Translations under genes and position numbers: made by a program
Assembly (NCBI GenBank): GCA_026391715.1
Contig: JAPLDO010000077.1
Coordinates: forward strand, 17,736 to 81,735
Reading direction: 5' to 3'
Length of the DNA stretch: 64,000 bases
From: Bacteroidota bacterium
GTDB lineage: Bacteria > Bacteroidota > Bacteroidia > Bacteroidales > FEN-979
Notes under the pieces: model-generated
Told to the model about the DNA's origin: nothing
The model's input: only the letters and a program-made list of their open reading frames with translations
The model's database searches: none
In this document: positions 58,228-64,000 of the stretch, piece by piece
Layout of the letters: every line of letters starts with the position of its first letter
Numbering within the stretch: the stretch's first letter is position 1

Positions 58228-59199
58228 TTGTCATCGAACGATCAAACATATTTTGACGCGCTAAAAAAGAAGATTGTAGCCATGATGCAGCAATCCTATC
58301 CGGGTATAAATCCTGCCATTGCGGAATGGAAGGGGCAGGAGATTACTAATTTCCAGGAGGAATTGCTTAAAACTGTCAATGCGCATATCAGTGAAAAGTG
58401 GTTTTATACTCATATAAAAGGCGCAAGTCAGAATTTACCAAGGATTGACGTATTGAACCTTTTGAGCAAATATGCCGGATATTCAAACTGGGATGATTTT
58501 AAATTTAAAAACCAGGAACTCTTTCCCCAACCATTATCAGAAACTATCACTCCTCTGAATTTTAAAACCCCGGCGATTAAAAGCGGCAACCGGTTTTTTA
58601 TACTGATCCCGGTTTTGGCGCTTGTGATTGTCTGCATTTTCTACGGATTATTTAAACTTTTCAATACCCGTGAATATAAATTCAGCTTCTACGACGCCGA
58701 CACCCGCGAACCAATCGCCAATACAAAAATTGAGGTTCGCCTTCTACAGGACGCCGAATCGCCGGTTACCGGGTTTTGCAATGCAGATGGCTCTTACCTT
58801 CTGAAAACTGATAAAAGTATTGTCACCCTGGTTGTTTCCGCTACCTACTATGAAACCGATACCATTGTTCGCATTTTAAAGAAAATGAATCGGGATGAAA
58901 TCGTCAATCTGCATGCCAACGACTATGCGCTGATGATCCATTATTTCTCACAGTCAAAGGTGACCGACTGGGAGAAACGAAGGAGCGCCATCGAAAAAAT
59001 AATTGCCGACGATGCGGTTATATACCAGGTTTCAGGAAAAAACGGACTTACCGGCGCTGAGCTTTTTAGTAAAAACGAATTTATTGACCGGCTTTCAGTT
59101 CCAACCGGCAGTTTAAAAAATCTGGAAATACTCGATACAAAGTTCAAAAATGAAAAGATCATCATGCTAAGGTTCAGGATTAAAGAGCTGACAAGATGA
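58228..59199 (+). CDS. hypothetical single-pass membrane protein
   Basis: 323-aa ORF with a central TM helix FFILIPVLALVIVCIFYGLF. The listed start is TTG; the first ATG is at 58282. Confidence 0.5.
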   Translation: MSSNDQTYFDALKKKIVAMMQQSYPGINPAIAEWKGQEITNFQEELLKTVNAHISEKWFYTHIKGASQNLPRIDVLNLLSKYAGYSNWDDFKFKNQELFPQPLSETITPLNFKTPAIKSGNRFFILIPVLALVIVCIFYGLFKLFNTREYKFSFYDADTREPIANTKIEVRLLQDAESPVTGFCNADGSYLLKTDKSIVTLVVSATYYETDTIVRILKKMNRDEIVNLHANDYALMIHYFSQSKVTDWEKRRSAIEKIIADDAVIYQVSGKNGLTGAELFSKNEFIDRLSVPTGSLKNLEILDTKFKNEKIIMLRFRIKELTR

Positions 59200-59831
59200 A
59201 AACTATTTTCAAAATATCAGCTCTGTTAGCGCTCTATTTGCTTACAACCGCAAAAAGTTGCGACAACCGGGAACAGAATGAGGAAGCAAGGGAAACCGCC
59301 CGCTTTCAGACAATACATGATAGTCTGACTGTTGCATCTAAAAATGATTCCATTGATGAGGCGGCGAAATTTGCTTTTGAAACATCGGCATGCCAAAAGG
59401 TTTATGATCTGGCTGATTATCTGATTATTCTTGCTGACAAGAATACCGGCGAACAGTTTGTGAAAAAGACTGCCGAACTGACCCGACACCTTTTTATATC
59501 TTCTGCAGAAACGTTGAATTTTAGTTTTCCGGAAAACCCAGTTGAAAATAATTTCCTGTCAAAACGCATGAAGGATGCCGGATTTAAAAACGTTAATATC
59601 CCTGATGGTGTAGTTTTCGATTCCGTTTGGGTGAAACAAAAACTCCTCCAGGTCAACGACAGCCTGTATGCCGGAAAACTTGGGGTTTCAGCGCTTACTG
59701 GCGCAACGGCAGTAGAAAACGGGAAACTTCGCCATTTGCTTTCCGTTGACTTTTATGTTGTTAAGCGGGAAAAGATTTTTGGCGGTTCCATACACAAAAT
59801 ATGGACGGTTCTTCTTGGCGATATCCAATGA
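59196..59831 (+). CDS. hypothetical lipoprotein
   Basis: 211 aa with the lipobox-like LLTTAKSC. The start overlaps the previous stop (ATGA). Confidence 0.5.
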   Translation: MKTIFKISALLALYLLTTAKSCDNREQNEEARETARFQTIHDSLTVASKNDSIDEAAKFAFETSACQKVYDLADYLIILADKNTGEQFVKKTAELTRHLFISSAETLNFSFPENPVENNFLSKRMKDAGFKNVNIPDGVVFDSVWVKQKLLQVNDSLYAGKLGVSALTGATAVENGKLRHLLSVDFYVVKREKIFGGSIHKIWTVLLGDIQ

Positions 59832-59915
59832 AATGCCTCATGACGATGGGTTGGTTGTATTTGCCGGCTTGGAAATATAATAAACGTCTTATGTAATTGC
59901 AGTTATTTTGGCTCA

Positions 59916-61214
59916 TTAATAATCAATGCAAAAAACCGCATAAAGTGGGATAGATTTGATTTTATTCTCAAAACCAAAGTTCTTTGCAGAGATTCGTATT
60001 GAGAATTGAGGAGCGTGCCTGGAAATAAACTGTAGCAAACTTTTCGATTTTACATTTTCAGATGATTTCACTTCCACCGGAATAACCGCGCCATTTTGAG
60101 TTTGAATTAAAAAATCAATTTCAGCTTTTCCTTCCGACTCCCAGTAATACGGAGTATATCCGTTAGATATTAAAGCCGATGCGACATAATTTTCCGTGAG
60201 CGCCCCCTTAATTGCCTGCCATGCCGGAGATTCACGCTGAAATACTTCAGGAGAAATTCCATATCCGGCGCACAAAAGTCCTGTATCTGCCATATATAAT
60301 TTGAAAGAAGCAGATTCAGCAAAAGCATTAAGCGGCGCTTGTCCCCTGGATACCTTTGTGCATTTATTTACCATTGCGGAAGCAGACAGCCAATCAAGCG
60401 CCGATTCATAATGAACTGCCCTTGCGCCGCTTTTAATGATTTTATACTGAAACTTCCGGTTTTCCTTTGCCAGTTGGGACGAGACACTTTTAAAAGCGGC
60501 GATTATCTTCACGGTTTCTGATGGTCCGGCATATTTTGCCATATCTGCGATGTAGGCGTCTATGATATTCTTCTGCATTGCCATAACCATATTGGAGTCC
60601 CTGGTCCTGATGAATTCATTAACCACCTGTGGCATTCCTCCGACGCCAATAAAGACCCTGTAATCGTCAAGGAAGGTTTCATGAAGGCTGCATGCTTCAT
60701 TACTTTCGTATGAATCCCGAACAATTGATACTGCCTTATCCTTTTCACGTGCAAGCATGAATTCTTCAAAATCCAACGGATGCATCGTCAAAAACTGAAT
60801 TTTGCCTACCGGAAATGAATGACTTTTGCGGTTAAGCGATACTCCTAAAAGACTACCGGCTGTAGCAAGATGGTATTCCGGAGCCTCTTCGGTGAAATAT
60901 TTCAAGGATGTCAAAGCTCTTTCACACGCTTGTATTTCGTCAAAAATGATAAGGGAATCGCCGGGAATCATTGGTTCTGACGTATAGGCAGAAAGTTCCC
61001 TCAGAATTCGTGAGGGAGAGAGATCACGGTCAAAAATGTCATGTAATTCATTACTGCTTTCAAAATTGAAATAGGCCGTATTTTTATAGTATTTGCGCCC
61101 GAATTGAAGCAAACTGTATGTTTTGCCAACTTGCCGCGCACCCTGTAAAATCAATGGCAAACGAGATGAACTATTTTTCCACTCTACCAACTTTTTTTCA
61201 ATCTTACGTTCCAT
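59916..61214 (-). CDS. AAA+ ATPase with a DUF4143-type C-terminal domain
   Basis: Walker A GARQVGKT and Walker B LIIFDEIQ; 432 aa, matching the common AAA_14 + DUF4143 architecture. Confidence 0.8.
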   Translation of the reverse strand: MERKIEKKLVEWKNSSSRLPLILQGARQVGKTYSLLQFGRKYYKNTAYFNFESSNELHDIFDRDLSPSRILRELSAYTSEPMIPGDSLIIFDEIQACERALTSLKYFTEEAPEYHLATAGSLLGVSLNRKSHSFPVGKIQFLTMHPLDFEEFMLAREKDKAVSIVRDSYESNEACSLHETFLDDYRVFIGVGGMPQVVNEFIRTRDSNMVMAMQKNIIDAYIADMAKYAGPSETVKIIAAFKSVSSQLAKENRKFQYKIIKSGARAVHYESALDWLSASAMVNKCTKVSRGQAPLNAFAESASFKLYMADTGLLCAGYGISPEVFQRESPAWQAIKGALTENYVASALISNGYTPYYWESEGKAEIDFLIQTQNGAVIPVEVKSSENVKSKSLLQFISRHAPQFSIRISAKNFGFENKIKSIPLYAVFCIDY

Positions 61215-61513
61215 AAAATGTATTATTAATTACATAATTGGTTCCTATAAATGCAAATATAATACATTTTGAAGTTTCAAGCTCTCGTGAACAATCCAAA
61301 ACTGTGAACAATCTTAACTCCCCGGAGATCTTCACATACCTGCTAAGACGCTATCATTTTTATATCCGGCGATATCCTTGATCGTTTTAGTATTCATTCC
61401 CGGAACGATGATATTGGTGATGAAAGTTTTCCTGGCAGAACTGAAAGACCTGCACTTCATCTCTCTCAGGCTTGTTCTTTATGACGATAGGCTTGTTGCA
61501 TTTGTCGGGCTTG

Positions 61514-63415
61514 TTAATAGGCGATGACCATCTTTCTGTTCCTGAAAGTATCGTCACATCTCATGGAAACGAAATAGATCCCTGCGGGATAACAATCCTG
61601 GACTACAGTAAACATTACAGAATATTCGCCAGCCGGTTTCTCTTCATTCACGAGGTTTGCAACTTCTTCCCCAAACATATTAAGGACTGTTATAGATACA
61701 TGAGCTTTTGATTTCAACTGATAACCAATCGCAGTGGAAGCGCTAAAAGGATTCGGGGAATTTTGCATCAGTTTGAATTTATCTGATGAAAAATCCTGAT
61801 CGTCTATGCCGGTATTATTGAAGACTACTTCATCGGACCATGGGCTCCACTTCAGATTATCATCCCTGTATTTTACCCTGTACCATAAGGTTTTTCCCTG
61901 GGTAGTGATGCTGTCGGGTAATTCCAGCGAAGTAAGATCAATCCCAATATTTTTATTGATGGGGATAAAATTCGGGGAACCGGTATTTTCAAAAATATCC
62001 TCCCTGTCGCGAAGTTTGCTCACTACCGGGGATGAATAATTTCCCTGGCTTCCAGTAACTTCAAACCAGGAGGACATACAGGAATCGGCGCCGATCATCG
62101 CTGATGCCGACAGTATCACAGGGTTGGTTGTAGTAACCGGGTTTGCAACCGGTTTCTGAGGCGGAGCCTGGTTCATTCTGAAATGCCAGGTATCCAATAC
62201 CTGGTGGAGCGGATGTTCGGGCTTTCCTAACGTATAAGCTTCTGCTACATAAGACCGATCATCTATATTGACGTCCATGATGACATAGTTGTAATCGTCA
62301 ACGGTTTCCTGGATTTCAGGATAATCAATCGAACCTGAAAAGAATCTGGTAAGCTCCGCTCCCCCTCCGCCTGCCAGGACGGTGCGGAAATCATGCACCA
62401 AAGGGTCGGTGTTGCTTGTATTTACGATTGATCCCAGTTCAAAATCGTGGGCGTGTCCATACGAATATTGAACCATTTTATTAAACTTCAAAAACTCCGG
62501 GTAAAAAACAACATCAACCGAATCGTGGTCGCCTTCTGTCCATACTTCTGATTGCCAGGGGTGGTGAGCAAACGTGAAAACGAGGTTTGTTCCGGGATCG
62601 GCTTCTGATTCGGTCAGGACTTTGTTCAGCCAGGTTTTCTGAATCGGCGCGCCGATGATTTTATCATTGCTGTTTAGCACCACGAATTTGCATCCGGAAA
62701 TATCAAATGAATAAAACCTTTCTTTGTAAGAAGTCCGGGCAACTGCGGAATCGGTAAAATCTTCGTACTTCATGTAATCAAAATAGAATGCCGATTCGTG
62801 TTCATGGTTGCCGATGGATATCATGAAAGGCAGGGAACTGGAAAGATTCGCGATCTTCGAAAAATATTCGGTCTCAAAACGGTCAATAGCCTTACCAGAC
62901 CAAACGATATCTCCTGTATGCATGACCAGATTGACCGAATCGTAAAATGCAGTTCCGTATTTTGACTGCAATGTTTGCTGCACATTCTGACAAAGCTGAC
63001 CAAGGATTGACTGAACGGTATCATTATATCTTGAATCTCCGAAAATAACAAACCGTACATGCCTGCCCGCTGTTCCGGGAAGTGGCTGGCTCCTGAAAGG
63101 ATAAACAGAAGAAGAATCATTGCCGCTTATGCAACGGTAATAATACCTGGTATCGGGAGTGAGACCGGTTAGCTTGACCGTGTGCCAGTGTTTGCCGCCG
63201 ATGTTCTGGAAAGAACCACTCTTCACCTTGTCCAGATTTGTTTCAGAAAGTCCGTAACGGATTTTTGTGAAAGAGGTGTCGTTCGAATGCCAGCATATAT
63301 ACACCGAAGTTGGCGTTGGGGTTTGCAGGTAGGGGTTTATCTGGGCATAGAGAGAACCGTTACAAACCGCAATCAGTCCAACCAGGATTAAGAAATGAGC
63401 GATAATTTTTTTCAT
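61514..63415 (-). CDS. calcineurin-like metallophosphoesterase (purple-acid-phosphatase-like) with a T9SS C-terminal sorting domain
   Basis: Signal peptide. Motifs FGDSRYND, HTGDIVWSG, IGNHEHE, FAHHP, GHAHDFE. C-terminal NSPNPFSASTAIGYQL...GIYFVSMR. Confidence 0.8.
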   Translation of the reverse strand: MKKIIAHFLILVGLIAVCNGSLYAQINPYLQTPTPTSVYICWHSNDTSFTKIRYGLSETNLDKVKSGSFQNIGGKHWHTVKLTGLTPDTRYYYRCISGNDSSSVYPFRSQPLPGTAGRHVRFVIFGDSRYNDTVQSILGQLCQNVQQTLQSKYGTAFYDSVNLVMHTGDIVWSGKAIDRFETEYFSKIANLSSSLPFMISIGNHEHESAFYFDYMKYEDFTDSAVARTSYKERFYSFDISGCKFVVLNSNDKIIGAPIQKTWLNKVLTESEADPGTNLVFTFAHHPWQSEVWTEGDHDSVDVVFYPEFLKFNKMVQYSYGHAHDFELGSIVNTSNTDPLVHDFRTVLAGGGGAELTRFFSGSIDYPEIQETVDDYNYVIMDVNIDDRSYVAEAYTLGKPEHPLHQVLDTWHFRMNQAPPQKPVANPVTTTNPVILSASAMIGADSCMSSWFEVTGSQGNYSSPVVSKLRDREDIFENTGSPNFIPINKNIGIDLTSLELPDSITTQGKTLWYRVKYRDDNLKWSPWSDEVVFNNTGIDDQDFSSDKFKLMQNSPNPFSASTAIGYQLKSKAHVSITVLNMFGEEVANLVNEEKPAGEYSVMFTVVQDCYPAGIYFVSMRCDDTFRNRKMVIAY

Positions 63416-63472
63416 GTGTGAATGATTTAATAATACAATATGACTATACGCTTGTGTATATAATGATTATTT

Positions 63473-63574
63473 AGCTACTCTGCGGCTCTTTGCGGTTTCT
63501 TTGCGTAACTCTGCGGTAAAAAAAAACTTAACCGCAGAGAGCCGCTGAGTTTTTACGCAGAGAGCCGCAGAGCT
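63473..63574. repeat. long imperfect palindrome built from 4+4 copies of a CT(C/T)TGCG(G/T) motif at roughly 10-11 nt spacing
   Basis: Left arm ctctgcggct/ctttgcggtt/ctttgcgtaa/ctctgcggt, A-rich loop, right arm accgcagag/ccgctgagt/ttacgcagag/ccgcagag. It lies 58-160 nt upstream of the phosphoesterase start. Confidence 0.75.
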
Positions 63575-63676
63575 AAAGATTGTTAACCAATAAGATTTAA
63601 AACAAAACCTGCAAACCTTTTATCCATGGTAATAGTAAAATCGCAATTTATGTGTAAAATTAACGAAATACTCTTT

Positions 63677-63833
63677 GAGACCACTCCGAAAAGTAATTAT
63701 TAATAATTAACATTTGGCTACGAGCCCGGTATATCAGCAACATGAATTGCCACGACCTTAAGGTCGTGGCAACTGATAATCAACTTCTTAGTTGGCTTTA
63801 GCCAAATTTTTCTTAGTTTTCGGAGTAGGCGCC
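63677..63833 (+). repeat. dyad-symmetric MITE-like element, copy 3 (full length)
   Basis: Termini gagaccactccgaaaag / ttttcggagtaggcgcc. Central palindrome ttgccacgaccttaaggtcgtggcaa at 63747-63772. Confidence 0.7.
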
Positions 63834-64000
63834 TCTTTAAGAAATCAAGGATATTTAATAAATGGACAGAAAGTATTATTTAATTATAACTTTGTTGTTG
63901 AAAGCGTTGCCGGGAATTTGAAGAAGATTGACCGGGAATATAATACATCCCAATAATGCGTAATCTAAAAACAGAAAGGAGAAAAGTATGTCTTATTTTT

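Noticed and set aside
1-64000. Search for tRNA, rRNA, integrase or transposase genes, or prophage structural genes
   Set aside because: I recognised none by eye. The accessory regions lack recombinase genes, so I do not call an integrative element. A proper tRNA or Rfam scan is still needed.

Overview
This 64-kb chromosomal segment looks like it comes from a Bacteroidota/FCB-group organism. That is an inference from several T9SS-type C-terminal sorting domains, a GH92 mannosidase, a FISUMP-like domain and the absence of Shine-Dalgarno-style spacing. Ordinary content: a pabB/pabC/pabA folate-branch cluster, a four-gene group-1 [NiFe] uptake hydrogenase operon, a PAS hybrid histidine kinase, an AraC regulator, MarC, an Omp85-like barrel, an HDAC-family enzyme, and several very large repetitive secreted or T9SS proteins. 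Accessory content falls in two places. (1) 13.0-20.3 kb is a same-strand island of ParE-type TA, type III Res, an embedded NYN-domain nuclease and type III Mod, flanked by a decayed ghost copy of a related mod/res locus. (2) 27.6-33.6 kb is the most interesting region. It holds a complete diversity-generating retroelement (DGR): a cytoplasmic FGE/C-type-lectin-fold target, an HRDC accessory gene, a reverse transcriptase (RT), and a template repeat (TR) whose 17 differences from the variable repeat (VR) are all at template adenines. An 885-aa LRR-Roc-COR-TIR protein follows directly on the same strand. I flag this pairing as a candidate undescribed hypervariable-sensor / GTPase-switch / TIR-effector conflict system. 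Other unexplained structure: a 22-nt inverted repeat next to both the TR and VR ends, a nested UUCG-type hairpin array downstream of TR, two heptanucleotide tandem tracts in 5' regions, and a roughly 150-bp dyad-symmetric MITE-like element in three copies with compensatory stem changes. I recognised no rRNA, tRNA, CRISPR array, transposase or integrase. All domain calls come from motif recognition by eye, not from searches.
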